Shown here: positions 1-10,742 of the stretch, piece by piece
How the letters are laid out: each line of letters starts with the position of its first letter
Numbering within the stretch: position 1 is the stretch's first letter
Origin: a virus
Taxonomy: Duplodnaviria; Caudoviricetes
DNA length: 59,021 nt
IMG/VR virus record: IMGVR_UViG_3300047669_002431
Location: 1-59,021 of that record
Reading direction: 5' to 3' (one strand)
Translations under genes and position numbers: made by a program
The notes under the pieces: generated by a model
The model's database searches: none
What the model was told of the DNA's origin: nothing
What the model saw: only the letters and a program-made list of their open reading frames with translations

Positions 1-2
1 CT

Positions 3-3000
3 GGTGGACCTGTTGGCCCTCAAGGAGTCAAAGGGCAAAAAGGAATCAAAGGTCCGGCTGGTGGACCTGTTGGACCTAAAGGGAGCGAAGGCCCTATTGG
101 ACCCACGGGTCTCAAAGGAATTAAAGGACCTGCTGGTGGGCCTGTTGGCCCTCAAGGAGTCAAAGGGCAAAAAGGAATCAAAGGTCCGGCTGGTGGACCT
201 GTTGGACCTAAGGGAGACAAAGGCCCTCAAGGAACCAAAGGACCTGCTGGTGGACCCATTGGTCCACAAGGACCACAAGGACCACAAGGACCACAAGGAC
301 CACAAGGACCACAAGGTCCACAAGGACCACAAGGACCACAAGGACCACAAGGTCCACAAGGACCACAAGGACCACAAGGACCACAAGGTCCACAAGGACC
401 ACAAGGACCACAAGGACCACAAGGACCACAAGGACCACAAGGACCCAAAGGTCCCCAAGGCCCCCAAGGAGTCGAAGGACCCAAAGGTCCCCAAGGAGTC
501 GAAGGACCCAAAGGCCCCCAAGGAGTCGAAGGACCCAAAGGCCCCCAAGGGGTCGAAGGACCCAAAGGTCCCCAAGGAACTAAAGGACCTGCTGGTGGAC
601 CCATTGGCCCCAAGGGAGACAAAGGCCCTCAAGGAACCAAAGGACCTGCTGGTGGACCCGTTGGTCCCAAGGGAGACAAAGGACCTACAGGTTCCGATGG
701 CCCTACTGGACCAACTGATTGTGCCGTAGTTAAAGCTTGTTTAAGCACAGGTAGCGGATTCACTATTGGGGGAGCTACAATGGTAATTCCCATCTATACT
801 TACGGTGGTCTCATTAACACCGGCTCCGGAAGCATTTCCGGAACTGGGACTATCAGTATGACTGGAGGAGCTACTTTTGGCGGCACTACGACGATAAGCA
901 TTCTGACAGGCACTGGTGGGTTTTCATTGAATGGCTCAATCGTTACGGGGTTAATGGGCCTTACGGGGGCAGGAACTTTTGCTTGGGGCGGAGGCTGCAC
1001 GGGCACGTTCACTGTCAACTCTCCAGTTACTACTACATGTGGAATTATAGACTCTCACGCTACTAATGGAGTAACTTCTACCGGAGGATTTGGGGTAGGA
1101 AGCACAGGATACGGCATTAATTCGGCAGGAGGTGGGCTGTTTAACGGACTGCATGTTAAAGGTCTCAAGGGCTGCTCCGATGTCGGCGCACAATTTGATA
1201 TTCCAGTAACCACTCTATGTGACGTTACGGTTGGGGGAGATTTAGCTGTCGAAGGATGCGACTTTACGAGTACTTGCAGCACGTTCAACATTCTAGCTAG
1301 CTCTAGCGAAGTTAATTTTGCTACATCTTCTCTAACCACGAACATCGGAAATGGGGCGGGAGCTACAATTAATCTTAACGCGGCGACTATAGACTCAACC
1401 GAGAGTAGTCTTACGTTGTGGGGTACGCCAACGGAAATATACTTCGGGACAAGTGCGGGAACAATAGGGTACGGGCAGACTGATACAGAGCACACTTTCA
1501 ATGGAAATCTTACAGTAACAGACTCCGGTAATCTAACCGTAGATGGTCTCACTGTTTTAAATCAGACTCTTGAGGTTACTGGCTTATCCTCTCTAGACGG
1601 TGGGATAGATGTAGAAGGAGCAAACTTTACAGTAAGTGTAGCTGGAGCAATTGACACAGTTTCTACTTTAGACGTAACTGGCTTATCCTCTCTAGACGGT
1701 GGGATAGATGTAGAAGGAGCAAACTTTACAGTAAGTGTAGCTGGAGCAATTGACACAGTTTCTACTTTAGACGTAACTGGCGCTACTACCCTGTCCAGTA
1801 CATTAAATGTTACGGGTATTAGTACCTTTACTAGCGCTGCAAATTGCCTCGACACACTTAATAGCGCTTCTACTACCTCGTTAGCAACCGATGGTGCAGC
1901 CACAAGCACTGGGGGGCAGCTTACAATAGGAACTCTTGCTACTGCAACAGGGTGTCCATCTATATTAGTTAATGGAGGTAGTGGGCTAGTAAAAGAAATC
2001 CCTGTCGCTACGCTGCGAGACGATTGCAACCTAAAAGGCGAGAAGGGTCCTGAAGGCCCTCAAGGTCCACAAGGTCCACAAGGACCACAAGGACCCAAAG
2101 GTCCCCAAGGAGTCGAAGGACCCAAAGGCCCCCAAGGACCACAAGGACCCAAAGGCCCCCAAGGGGTCGAAGGACCCAAAGGCCCCCAAGGAGTCGAAGG
2201 ACCCAAGGGTCCCCAAGGAGTCGAAGGACCCAAAGGCCCCCAAGGAGTCGAAGGACCCAAAGGCCCCCAAGGAGTCGAGGGACCTAAAGGTCCTACGGGC
2301 GCTGGAGGCTCCGCAGGAGCTAAGGGACCTACAGGTTCCGATGGCCCTACTGGACCAACTGATTGTGCCGTAGTTAAAGCTTGTTTAAGCACAGGTAGCG
2401 GATTCACTATTGGGGGAGCTACAATGGTAATTCCCATCTATACTTACGGTGGTCTCATTAACACCGGCTCCGGAAGCATTTCCGGAACTGGGACTATCAG
2501 TATGACTGGAGGAGCTACTTTTGGCGGCACTACGACGATAAGCATTCTGACAGGCGCTGGTGGGTTTTCATTGAATGGCTCAATCGTTACGGGGTTAATG
2601 GGCCTTACGGGAGCGGGAACTTTTGCTTGGGGCTCAGGCTGCACAGGTACATTCACTGTCAGTTCTCCAGTTACAATGGAGTGCGATCTTAACGTAAAGG
2701 GCAATACTTTCCTAAAAGGAGACTTAACAATTGATGGCTGCGACATCAAAACGACAGACTGTAGTGAGTTCAACTTATTTAATCACAGCGGGGATAATCT
2801 CGCTTACCTGAATATAGGAGGCTCTACTGTAGATATTAATTACGGAACAAGCGGAACCTCTCATAGATTTAGCGGCGGCCACATGGAGTTAATTGGCAAA
2901 GGGATGGGCTCTAATGTCACTGGGTATAAGATAACTTCGAACGCTACAAACATAGATATATTTAATGATGGCTCGCACGCCAACAGCATCGGTAATTTAT

Positions 3001-4364
3001 TTGGCCTCCAAAGCTCAGGAATTAACCTTGGTAACGTTTTCTCTATTTTTACTAATTCTGGCGACACTCAGCTAGGAAGTGATTGCAGTAATATACATGG
3101 CATAACGGGAATAATAGATCATCATTGCGGCGACGCGAATTTCAACTTAGACCTTGGGAACACGTATATTCATAACAATTTATACGTAGGGGAAGACTTA
3201 ATTGTATCCGGAAGCGCTGTAGTAGATGAGGACCTCACCGTTAAGGGGAATACTATTCTTGGAAATTCCTGCAGCGATACTCTGACCGTAGACGCAACAG
3301 CAACCTTTAGTTGCGATACTACTTTTGGAAACACTTGCGAGGACAGCACTACCGTACAGACCTTTATTTCAACCTGCACGACAGACTTAGCTCAAAATGG
3401 AGACGATACTTCCATTCACGGGGCTCTTAACGTTAAGGGAAACGCTGTCTTACAACAAGACTTAGCGGTCAATGGCTGCGATATAACCACTACTTGCACT
3501 GCGTTCAATTTAATAAACGACACACCTACCACCGTAAATTTTGCGGGAGCAGGAACAACAATTTCAATGGGGGCTGGCGCAGCGGCTACGATAAATCTAA
3601 ATGCTGGCTCAATAGAGTCTAACGCCTCTAGCGTAAATTTGCTCACCACTCCGAGCGCAATTCAATTCGGGACCGCAGCTACCTCCATAGATATTGGAGC
3701 GGTTGGAGTTAGCATGGTAACGGTTCAAGACCGATTAACCGTTGGAGATATACCCAATTATGATAGTTGCACCCTCTTAACTCATGAGGCGGGAGTGGTC
3801 AGCTATGTTGAAGCTAGTTATCTCAGGGATAACTGCGACATGAAAGGGGAAAAGGGGCTCAAAGGAAACCTTGGCCCTCTTGGCCCTCTTGGCCCTCTTG
3901 GCCCTCTTGGTCCATTTGGTCCTAATGGTAGCGATGGCTCCAAAGGTCAAAAGGGAACCGAAGGCGCTGCTGATAAACACGCAATCGTGGAAGGACTTGC
4001 AAAAGAAACTTTTGTAGGATTAACTTGCGTAGAAATGCCAGAAGTTAGATTCGAGGATATAATTTCTATAGAGACTTCCGGCAATCTGAATATGAGCTAT
4101 AAAATTGACGAAGAATTTATCCACGTATGTGAAGAAGGCACTATTGAGGCGATTGGTTACACGACCTCTTCTCCGTGCTTATGCGGAATCGAAGTTGAGA
4201 ACGGAATTATAAACATTAAATTTAGTAATCATATTCCAAGAAAAATAATTTTAAAATTAAGCGGTATACGCAAAGGTAGAAAAAAAACTAGATTTCCCGT
4301 ATTCTCAGAAGAGGAAATGGATCAGAATAGACAATTCTGGGGTAGCTGGAGAAAGGATAAATAA
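3..4364 (+). CDS. Large modular collagen-like (Gly-X-Y) fibre/structural protein, 5'-truncated by the window edge (at least 1453 aa)
   Basis: Frame 3 reads open from position 3 ([16 protein letters not shown]...) into the listed 780..4364 ORF. Three Gly-X-Y segments (about 3-717, 2037-2360, 3846-3965) alternate with Gly/Thr/Ser/Cys-rich beta-type domains. TAATG overlap with the next gene. Confidence 0.85.
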   Translation, partial: GGPVGPQGVKGQKGIKGPAGGPVGPKGSEGPIGPTGLKGIKGPAGGPVGPQGVKGQKGIKGPAGGPVGPKGDKGPQGTKGPAGGPIGPQGPQGPQGPQGPQGPQGPQGPQGPQGPQGPQGPQGPQGPQGPQGPQGPQGPQGPQGPQGPKGPQGPQGVEGPKGPQGVEGPKGPQGVEGPKGPQGVEGPKGPQGTKGPAGGPIGPKGDKGPQGTKGPAGGPVGPKGDKGPTGSDGPTGPTDCAVVKACLSTGSGFTIGGATMVIPIYTYGGLINTGSGSISGTGTISMTGGATFGGTTTISILTGTGGFSLNGSIVTGLMGLTGAGTFAWGGGCTGTFTVNSPVTTTCGIIDSHATNGVTSTGGFGVGSTGYGINSAGGGLFNGLHVKGLKGCSDVGAQFDIPVTTLCDVTVGGDLAVEGCDFTSTCSTFNILASSSEVNFATSSLTTNIGNGAGATINLNAATIDSTESSLTLWGTPTEIYFGTSAGTIGYGQTDTEHTFNGNLTVTDSGNLTVDGLTVLNQTLEVTGLSSLDGGIDVEGANFTVSVAGAIDTVSTLDVTGLSSLDGGIDVEGANFTVSVAGAIDTVSTLDVTGATTLSSTLNVTGISTFTSAANCLDTLNSASTTSLATDGAATSTGGQLTIGTLATATGCPSILVNGGSGLVKEIPVATLRDDCNLKGEKGPEGPQGPQGPQGPQGPKGPQGVEGPKGPQGPQGPKGPQGVEGPKGPQGVEGPKGPQGVEGPKGPQGVEGPKGPQGVEGPKGPTGAGGSAGAKGPTGSDGPTGPTDCAVVKACLSTGSGFTIGGATMVIPIYTYGGLINTGSGSISGTGTISMTGGATFGGTTTISILTGAGGFSLNGSIVTGLMGLTGAGTFAWGSGCTGTFTVSSPVTMECDLNVKGNTFLKGDLTIDGCDIKTTDCSEFNLFNHSGDNLAYLNIGGSTVDINYGTSGTSHRFSGGHMELIGKGMGSNVTGYKITSNATNIDIFNDGSHANSIGNLFGLQSSGINLGNVFSIFTNSGDTQLGSDCSNIHGITGIIDHHCGDANFNLDLGNTYIHNNLYVGEDLIVSGSAVVDEDLTVKGNTILGNSCSDTLTVDATATFSCDTTFGNTCEDSTTVQTFISTCTTDLAQNGDDTSIHGALNVKGNAVLQQDLAVNGCDITTTCTAFNLINDTPTTVNFAGAGTTISMGAGAAATINLNAGSIESNASSVNLLTTPSAIQFGTAATSIDIGAVGVSMVTVQDRLTVGDIPNYDSCTLLTHEAGVVSYVEASYLRDNCDMKGEKGLKGNLGPLGPLGPLGPLGPFGPNGSDGSKGQKGTEGAADKHAIVEGLAKETFVGLTCVEMPEVRFEDIISIETSGNLNMSYKIDEEFIHVCEEGTIEAIGYTTSSPCLCGIEVENGIINIKFSNHIPRKIILKLSGIRKGRKKTRFPVFSEEEMDQNRQFWGSWRKDK
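261..440 (+). repeat. 9-nt tandem repeat (GGWCCACAA)x20 encoding (GPQ)20
   Basis: Directly visible, in frame with the collagen CDS. Confidence 0.95.
681..1030 (+). repeat. Copy 1 of a ~350-nt near-identical intragenic direct repeat (partner 2325-2674, offset 1644 nt)
   Basis: Both copies encode [20 protein letters not shown]...FTVxSPVT. Near-identical to about 967, then mostly synonymous differences. Confidence 0.95.
1578..1781 (+). repeat. 99-nt exact tandem duplication (33-aa unit [33 protein letters not shown])
   Basis: Two identical consecutive units starting at 1578 and 1677. Confidence 0.95.
2325..2674 (+). repeat. Copy 2 of the ~350-nt intragenic direct repeat
   Basis: Matches 681-1030. 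Confidence 0.95.
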
Positions 4365-5557
4365 TGAGCTTATTAGGATTACCATGCGGCATTGGGAAAA
4401 ATGATTTAGAGAAATGCGGGCCGGGATTAAAATGCGAGGCTATACCGGGGTTAGGAAATTCATGTATCAATCCTTGCGAGAGCGGGGGGATGGAAGGCTT
4501 CGGTGGAGAAGGCGGGGCGACTTCGGGAGGCAGAGCAACGTGGTATCAAAATGATCCTGATAAGCCAAACTATGGGGAATGCATACAGGGGGTAGGAGGA
4601 AGTACCTCTAGCGGTAGTCAATCAAGCACCTCGAACGTCCCTGCTTCAAACACTTTAAATACAAGGCAAGACGCTAATGCAAATAGATTTTGCTTGTGCG
4701 CGATTGATGTGGGGTGTGGTCCTGCTCCTGCTGGGCCTCCTGCGGGAGAATTAGTTTTCAATATAATGTGGTTAACTCCTAGTTATAATACCCGCGACGC
4801 CGTGTTCGGGGATTATGGAGACTTTGGCTCCGGAGCGCAGTGCTCTCATGGTAATTATAATTGTGATAGACCGCGAGTTACTCTAGCCGCTATGTGGTTA
4901 AAGAGGGATGATAACAATGAAATTTGCGTTGAAGGACCTTGCTGTAAGAATGGAGGAGACGGAACTAAAGCTATTGACCCTAGAGTAACAAAAGCTGGGG
5001 ATAAAGAGTGTCCGAGTGGTAGCGCGGATCAGGAGTGCTCGAACATACTTCCGGGAAATACTAAAAATGGAGTAGCTCAAACGTTCGGTCCAAACACTAA
5101 AGGGTGCGAGGCTTTAGAGTTTTACTGTGATAATGTGGTGTCTTGTTATAGAACGGCGGCATTTAGCAATGGGGTTCAAGATTTATTTGATATTGGTCCA
5201 GACGATTTTGGGGGATTCTCAGCCTTTAAAGCTACTGTTAGCACGCCTCCTGAGGGAGAGACTTACGAGCTTAATGTATATGGACATAGTGGGGAAAAGG
5301 GCCAATGTAAGGGTAAGGTATGGGTTCACGAAATGACTAAAGATAAAACCAACTCTCTAGGAGTAAAGTCCTTCAGCAGCGCTGGGCCTCCTCGTCAAGA
5401 GGACGCGTCGGGTTGGCGCTACCAAGAAGCGCCAAATAACCCTTATACTTATTGCAGCACTACAATAGGAGGGCCTAACCCAAAAGCTCTCGTAGGGCAA
5501 GCCGCATTACTCGCTACGATTACTCTTTTACCGGACGGCACATGGACTATATCATGA
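4364..5557 (+). CDS. Cys/Gly-rich hypothetical protein, probably virion or fibre associated
   Basis: 397-aa ORF translationally coupled to the collagen gene; many cysteines. Confidence 0.6.
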   Translation: MSLLGLPCGIGKNDLEKCGPGLKCEAIPGLGNSCINPCESGGMEGFGGEGGATSGGRATWYQNDPDKPNYGECIQGVGGSTSSGSQSSTSNVPASNTLNTRQDANANRFCLCAIDVGCGPAPAGPPAGELVFNIMWLTPSYNTRDAVFGDYGDFGSGAQCSHGNYNCDRPRVTLAAMWLKRDDNNEICVEGPCCKNGGDGTKAIDPRVTKAGDKECPSGSADQECSNILPGNTKNGVAQTFGPNTKGCEALEFYCDNVVSCYRTAAFSNGVQDLFDIGPDDFGGFSAFKATVSTPPEGETYELNVYGHSGEKGQCKGKVWVHEMTKDKTNSLGVKSFSSAGPPRQEDASGWRYQEAPNNPYTYCSTTIGGPNPKALVGQAALLATITLLPDGTWTIS

Positions 5558-6162
5558 TCATAGCAGAATATAAAAAAATTAAAAAAAATATACTCTCTAA
5601 TTTTTGCGATCAAGAAGACGAGACTCTTCAGAATAACTGTTTAATAGCCGAACTATTTGACGTTCAATTAGTGGACGCTACCGACGAAAAGCCTATCGTC
5701 ATTAAAGGGGGCATAGGGGAATTAAAAATAACAAAAAATAAAAATTTTTATACTCCAAACCCTAATTCGTGGACCGCAACGGCCTCCCAAGGACACTTAA
5801 TTACGTATTTCACCTCTATTAAGCAGAAAAATAGAAATAAACGGGAAATGGATAAAAACCCTGCTCCGGGAAAATATATATACGATATAGTTCGGGAGAG
5901 CATAGAGAGTCAACCTAAACCTCCTACAGTGAAGGAGATGAGCAGTAACTTCGCTAAAGCTACGTCTAAATGGGTAAAATCAGGATTTAAAATAGTTACT
6001 AAAAAACAATTCTCGAAAAGATTAGAAGCTTGTAGGAGCTGTTCTTTTTGGGACGAGTCTGCTAGACTTGGGATGGGAAAATGCAATCATAAAGGGTGTG
6101 GCTGCACCAAAGGAAAGCTGTGGATGGAAACCGAAAGCTGCCCTATTGAAAAATGGAAATAA
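5554..6162 (+). CDS. Hypothetical protein with C-terminal Cys cluster (DUF6171-like)
   Basis: ATGA overlap at 5554; RLEACRSC...CNHKGCGC...CPIEKW motif. Confidence 0.6.
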   Translation: MIIAEYKKIKKNILSNFCDQEDETLQNNCLIAELFDVQLVDATDEKPIVIKGGIGELKITKNKNFYTPNPNSWTATASQGHLITYFTSIKQKNRNKREMDKNPAPGKYIYDIVRESIESQPKPPTVKEMSSNFAKATSKWVKSGFKIVTKKQFSKRLEACRSCSFWDESARLGMGKCNHKGCGCTKGKLWMETESCPIEKWK

Positions 6163-6914
6163 AAGAAAGATATCAAGTAGTTATCTCTTCGTATAATTGC
6201 GCCTATTTTCTTAAGCGTTGCCTCGAAAGCGTAGATGAAGTATTTAAAAATAAAAAATGGATACTCGTTTTCGCTGACGACGGAAGCACCGACCATACAG
6301 CAGAAGAGCTAGAAAAAATTACCCCCAATTTAAGTTATGACTTTTATATAATAAAAAAATTTACTAAGTCTTACAGCGTTGGAGCGGCAAAGAATAGAGC
6401 CTTAAAGTTAGCTAAAAAATACGAAAACGAATATCCCATTATTTGCGCTATGGACGCGGATGACGAGATGGGCCCAGATAGGTTAAAGTTATATCCTGAA
6501 ATGGAAAGACTACAAGCCTCCTTTGTTTATGGGGGATATAAAATATTTCAAAACCGAGAGGCTTGCAGCTTAGTCGAGGCGAGCGACGTAAAAGAGCATT
6601 TAAAATTTGCATGGTGGGCAACTTTATTCCACGCGAGCTTGATTCCTGAAAGTGGGAAATTTTTTCGTGAAGACTTTAAGGCTTATGAAGATATAATGAA
6701 ATGGTGGGAATTATGCTACGAAGACGGAGTAGAAATGTGTCCTGTAGAAGATTTAATAACTCATCATTATTTCAAGAGAAATCCTTCGGTAAGCACTTCA
6801 GTGGGTCCGGAGGAAAGCAGGAAGCTACTTTTAGAAAAACATAAGATTTATCCTGTGCCTAATTTTGAAAAATGCCTTAAGGCGTGCGATGAAAATTGCG
6901 CTAAAGTTACTTAG
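6153..6914 (+). CDS. GT2-family glycosyltransferase
   Basis: VVISSYN, DDGSTD, AAKNRAL and MDADD (DxD) motifs. Confidence 0.85.
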   Translation: MEIKERYQVVISSYNCAYFLKRCLESVDEVFKNKKWILVFADDGSTDHTAEELEKITPNLSYDFYIIKKFTKSYSVGAAKNRALKLAKKYENEYPIICAMDADDEMGPDRLKLYPEMERLQASFVYGGYKIFQNREACSLVEASDVKEHLKFAWWATLFHASLIPESGKFFREDFKAYEDIMKWWELCYEDGVEMCPVEDLITHHYFKRNPSVSTSVGPEESRKLLLEKHKIYPVPNFEKCLKACDENCAKVT

Positions 6915-6920
6915 TTAGCT

Positions 6921-7667
6921 TTAGCTTTTACCTTTTGCCTTTTTGATTCTATCGATGAATTCGAAGATTTTATCTTTAGGCATGTCGTTAACAGAGTTCA
7001 TCTCTTCTGCCCCTTCAATCTTCTCCTCTACAAGTTTAGCTTTTATTTGAGAAAAGGGCACTCCTTTTTTCTTCATAGTTTCTTCGAGAAGACTAGCTGG
7101 GGAAGTAGCCCCGGACGATACATCTGAGGAAGACTCATTTGATTTAGGCCTTAAGAAGCCCTTCGCGAGCTCTTCTCTTGAGACGACGTTAATCCTTAGA
7201 AAGCTGCGGATGCAGCGAGCGAACGCCCTATTTTCTGCGGTGGACGCAAGGTAGTAAACTCCAGCTATTCCCGTAGTATTGTTAAGTGAAGATTCTCCTA
7301 TTGCAGAAAAAGTAACTTCTTTGTTTTCGGTTTCGAAGTTGGGAGCCCAAGTTATTCTGCACGTAGCGACTACGTAATCTGGGGAAGGGGATACCACTTC
7401 ATAGTTAACGCTTGTATACCCTCGGATTTGAGCGAGCTCCTTTAGGCCTCCTAGTAATATGCAAAGGTCGCGATCTTCTAATTTAGAAATGTCGGTTTCA
7501 GAAAGAGTTTTGCTTGGGTTAGGGTAAAGATAGCAGTCTTTTACCATTTTTCTCCAATCAATTAATCCGTCTTCCGTAAAGTGATATTTAACCGAATCGT
7601 CATCAATAAGACCTCCGGAGTTACGGGTGACGCCCATCTCTGGTAGTTCTGTTTTCTTTTTCCTCAT
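6921..7667 (-). CDS. Putative ssDNA-annealing protein (Rad52/Sak-like fold)
   Basis: GLKELA...VVATCRITW...TAENRAFARCIR pattern resembles phage annealing proteins; replication-block context. Confidence 0.45.
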   Translation of the reverse strand: MRKKKTELPEMGVTRNSGGLIDDDSVKYHFTEDGLIDWRKMVKDCYLYPNPSKTLSETDISKLEDRDLCILLGGLKELAQIRGYTSVNYEVVSPSPDYVVATCRITWAPNFETENKEVTFSAIGESSLNNTTGIAGVYYLASTAENRAFARCIRSFLRINVVSREELAKGFLRPKSNESSSDVSSGATSPASLLEETMKKKGVPFSQIKAKLVEEKIEGAEEMNSVNDMPKDKIFEFIDRIKKAKGKS

Positions 7668-7703
7668 GTGGATAAGCTTAAAGCATTTATTTTTTTAAGT
7701 CAA
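7668..7703 (-). promoter_or_regulatory. sigma70-type promoter, leaderless
   Basis: TTGACT-17-TAAGCT-7 nt-ATG(7667). Confidence 0.7.
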
Positions 7704-8862
7704 TACATTTTTCTAGTATCCAGTAAGTATCTAGATTTTTCCAAAACTTATCGTCTTTTAGGTATATATTTTGTACAGACTTTTTAGACTGAGCTTCAGT
7801 ATTTGAAAGCCATGAGGCTTCACTAGTATATATTTTCCCATTACTAAGCGTATACTTATTAGATAAGTAAACACATTTTTTTAAATCACAAAGAGCAGAT
7901 ATTTTTTTCTTAGTTTTCGTATGAGGATTCTGAGGGAGGATGTTACCTATATCCATGTAAATCATTTTTTTATGATTAGTTTCCTTTACTGAGAGCTCGG
8001 AAATTAATATTACAGAGACTCCTAAATTTATACAAAAACGACAAAACTCTTCGTCATCATTCGTTTTTTGAACCATATATACGATTTCATTTATATTACT
8101 TTTAAAATTTTCTAAAATTTTAAAATTAATTCTACGGTTAGTAACTATGGTGCATTTTCCCTGCTCAAGCTGCTTGGATAAGTAGCTCTCGTCATAAATG
8201 AGGTCCATACGAAAAATTATAGAAGAAACCCCCATCGAAGTTAAATTAACAGACTGATTAGGGATGCTTTCGACAAACTCCATTCCGTCCTTATTTTTTT
8301 CGCCTATGTATATAGTTTTAAAAGGAAAATCTAAATCTATATTAAAAAAGCTGCAAATCGACTTAGCAACATCTTCAGGCTTAATTTGATTAATTGGCCT
8401 CCCGTCAAAAGCGTCGTCCTTGCAGCCGGTAAGAGAGTCGCAGTTTTCATTCCAATAGGGGGAAAACGGGGACGCTTCACGGTTCCTAACTAGAGAAATA
8501 GACCTTAAGCCTAAAGACGTTGCGACGTGCAAAGAAAAAGAGTTTCCTGAGACTAGAAGTTTTGACTTTTTTAAAACGTAAGAAATCTGATTGTAAGTAG
8601 TCGTTCCGTTAGTCCGATGGATATTTTCTAGTCGTGGGCTATCCGGAGGTCCTATTTGAAGCGTGTAGATTCCTTTTTTTCGCAGAGGCTCAGATATGAG
8701 ATTTAAGACTTTTTGCCAATGCTCATATACGAATAAGGGATCGACGGAAGATGAGTCAATCACGATATAATTATCATAAAGAATAGGATAGTAGGAATCT
8801 CTAATTTTAGGCTTATCTACCTTTAAGTTGCAAGATAAAGCGTAATTTTCTAAAAAGTTCAT
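7687..8862 (-). CDS. GT9 (heptosyltransferase)-like glycosyltransferase with C-terminal extension
   Basis: LQIGPP...NQISYVLKKSKLLVSGNSFSLHVATSLG...INQIKPEDV resembles the GT9 C-terminal half. Confidence 0.55.
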   Translation of the reverse strand: MNFLENYALSCNLKVDKPKIRDSYYPILYDNYIVIDSSSVDPLFVYEHWQKVLNLISEPLRKKGIYTLQIGPPDSPRLENIHRTNGTTTYNQISYVLKKSKLLVSGNSFSLHVATSLGLRSISLVRNREASPFSPYWNENCDSLTGCKDDAFDGRPINQIKPEDVAKSICSFFNIDLDFPFKTIYIGEKNKDGMEFVESIPNQSVNLTSMGVSSIIFRMDLIYDESYLSKQLEQGKCTIVTNRRINFKILENFKSNINEIVYMVQKTNDDEEFCRFCINLGVSVILISELSVKETNHKKMIYMDIGNILPQNPHTKTKKKISALCDLKKCVYLSNKYTLSNGKIYTSEASWLSNTEAQSKKSVQNIYLKDDKFWKNLDTYWILEKCIDLKK

Positions 8863-10742
8863 AACACGCAGTAATTCGTCACGTCCCGATTGAAGTGATG
8901 AAAATTTAAATTATTTAGTTGTGGCGTATAAACTACATTAAAATATTTTTTCTCTTCTATTTCTTTTACGTTATTATGGTACTCGTCATAGGTAATGACC
9001 TTATGGATAAAGTCGTTACCCTCAAGTATGGGGAAAAATTCTTTTCGCGTGGCTACGTATAAGTTAAATCCTTTGTAGCTTTCCTTAATTGATTTAAAGA
9101 GGGACGTGCAAGAGAAGATGTCTATCGGATCATCCGGTATTACAAATAAAAGTCTTTTACCCTCGTCATCTTCATCCACTATACCTTTAAATTTATTCTC
9201 TTCTTTTTTTACATTATCTTTCAGAGCTACGCGCCGGAAGTATTTTTCTATAACCCCAGAGGGAGTCCCTTTATTAAGCTCGGTCAACCAGTACTTTAGC
9301 CCTTCGTCATCGTCTGCCACCTCTGTTTTTAGGATAAGCTTATAAAGTAACTTAATCCAGTGAGACTGGCTGTCCGCGACTGGAATCTTAGCATTAGGAT
9401 CGCACTTTTCCATAACCGGAAAGTCTTTTGCTTTTATTTTAGGGGAAGAGTCTATAAAGTCTTCTAGTTTTTTACCGATAACGTTTATCGAGAAGTTATC
9501 TATAACCCAACGCCTAGCTTTTTTACCCATTTCTTTGCGCTGCTCTAAATCCATTTTATAAACTTTTTCAAGTTGTAACGCGATAGAGTCCGGATGAGTG
9601 GAAGCTTTAATAAAATTACTCCCAAATTCTCTATACTCAGACCATTCTAATGGTAGCGAGCAAGCCTCTTGTTCGCACATTTCAGCTCCGCAGCTATAGT
9701 TAGTAACTAAAGTGATTAATTCTGTTAATTTAGCTTCTTGAATAGGTATTTCTTGACCTCCGGAGGTGAATGGATGACAGTAAGCGTCCATTAAATTATA
9801 AACTTGATTTAACTGATTTTCGTCTACGCCCATAGAAACTCCCGTAGAGTTTAAGGAGTTTTCATTTTCGCAACAATTACATCTTTTATTAGGCCCCTCA
9901 TAAGGCTTAACTGAGAAATTTCTACATTTAGAGCAAATGTGAGTAACGAGTATGTCATTTACGTTTATCTTTTGCTCTTTTGCAAGGGATAGTATAGGCC
10001 ACCCCTCTTCCATATGAGTGTGAAGGAGAAGTTTTGCGTTGCTGTCCGGATTTAATTTTTTAAATTTTTTAAATCCTTGAAGTAAGTTTGGTATAGACTT
10101 GCGGAGCTGGTTCCTAAATACGAAGCCTATCAGAAAATCTTTTTCACTTATGTTGTTCTTTTTCCGAAGTGACGACTTTTCCTGAGCTGAAAGAGGAAAG
10201 AAGTCTTTATCTTCTAGAGCTCCGTGTAAAGTCTTAACGTTCTCGTAACCGATTCGATTAAGTTCTTTAGTGGCAAAGTTACTCCAGACCCAATAGTTTT
10301 TAACTTTTTTAGCTGTCTCTATAGCTGTAGGCAGAATAGGTAAAGAATCTAAGGTGGTCCATATTGCGGAGGTAATTTTATTAAACCATTTACGATTAGT
10401 TGCAAAATCAACGCCCCATATATCTTGAATAGCGATGTAAACGTCTGGCTTTTCTGCTTCGACTACGTTATCTAGATAATATGCGCCATAGGCAGCGATC
10501 TTATTAATTGTAGGGTCTTTTTCTATTTCTTGAATTTTTTTTCGCGAAGCAGGGAGGCATCCGATAGATTTCCAAGGAGTTCTAGGAAGGTCCGGATGCT
10601 TTTCGGAAAGGCCGCAGCAATAGTGCACAATATCATACTTACCCGTTCGATATAGGTAAGATAGAATTGTTTTGGCGTTTTTAGCGAATCCTGTTTTAAG
10701 TAACGAAAAATCGCTTTGAATTAATACTTTTCTTCGGGACAT
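8859..10742 (-). CDS. GT4 (GT-B) glycosyltransferase with extra C-terminal domains
   Basis: TGFAKNA, RNQLRKSIPNLL, VYNLMDAYCHPFTSGGQEIPIQEAK motifs. Confidence 0.75.
   Translation of the reverse strand: MSRRKVLIQSDFSLLKTGFAKNAKTILSYLYRTGKYDIVHYCCGLSEKHPDLPRTPWKSIGCLPASRKKIQEIEKDPTINKIAAYGAYYLDNVVEAEKPDVYIAIQDIWGVDFATNRKWFNKITSAIWTTLDSLPILPTAIETAKKVKNYWVWSNFATKELNRIGYENVKTLHGALEDKDFFPLSAQEKSSLRKKNNISEKDFLIGFVFRNQLRKSIPNLLQGFKKFKKLNPDSNAKLLLHTHMEEGWPILSLAKEQKINVNDILVTHICSKCRNFSVKPYEGPNKRCNCCENENSLNSTGVSMGVDENQLNQVYNLMDAYCHPFTSGGQEIPIQEAKLTELITLVTNYSCGAEMCEQEACSLPLEWSEYREFGSNFIKASTHPDSIALQLEKVYKMDLEQRKEMGKKARRWVIDNFSINVIGKKLEDFIDSSPKIKAKDFPVMEKCDPNAKIPVADSQSHWIKLLYKLILKTEVADDDEGLKYWLTELNKGTPSGVIEKYFRRVALKDNVKKEENKFKGIVDEDDEGKRLLFVIPDDPIDIFSCTSLFKSIKESYKGFNLYVATRKEFFPILEGNDFIHKVITYDEYHNNVKEIEEKKYFNVVYTPQLNNLNFHHFNRDVTNYCVL

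Noticed and set aside
261-590. Possible CRISPR or iteron array
   Set aside because: 9- and 27-nt units with no unique spacers, in frame within a CDS.
4-729. 241-aa ORF with (KDH)n repeats
   Set aside because: Frame-shifted shadow of the collagen repeat; frame 3 gives continuous Gly-X-Y joining the 780..4364 ORF.
681-2674. Possible DGR template/variable repeat pair
   Set aside because: Differences are not adenine-specific, both copies are inside one CDS, and no reverse transcriptase is in the window.
208-3980. Antisense ORFs (GPC-, VVL- and GAF-repeat proteins)
   Set aside because: Stop-free reverse frames caused by the repetitive collagen and Gly/Thr coding.
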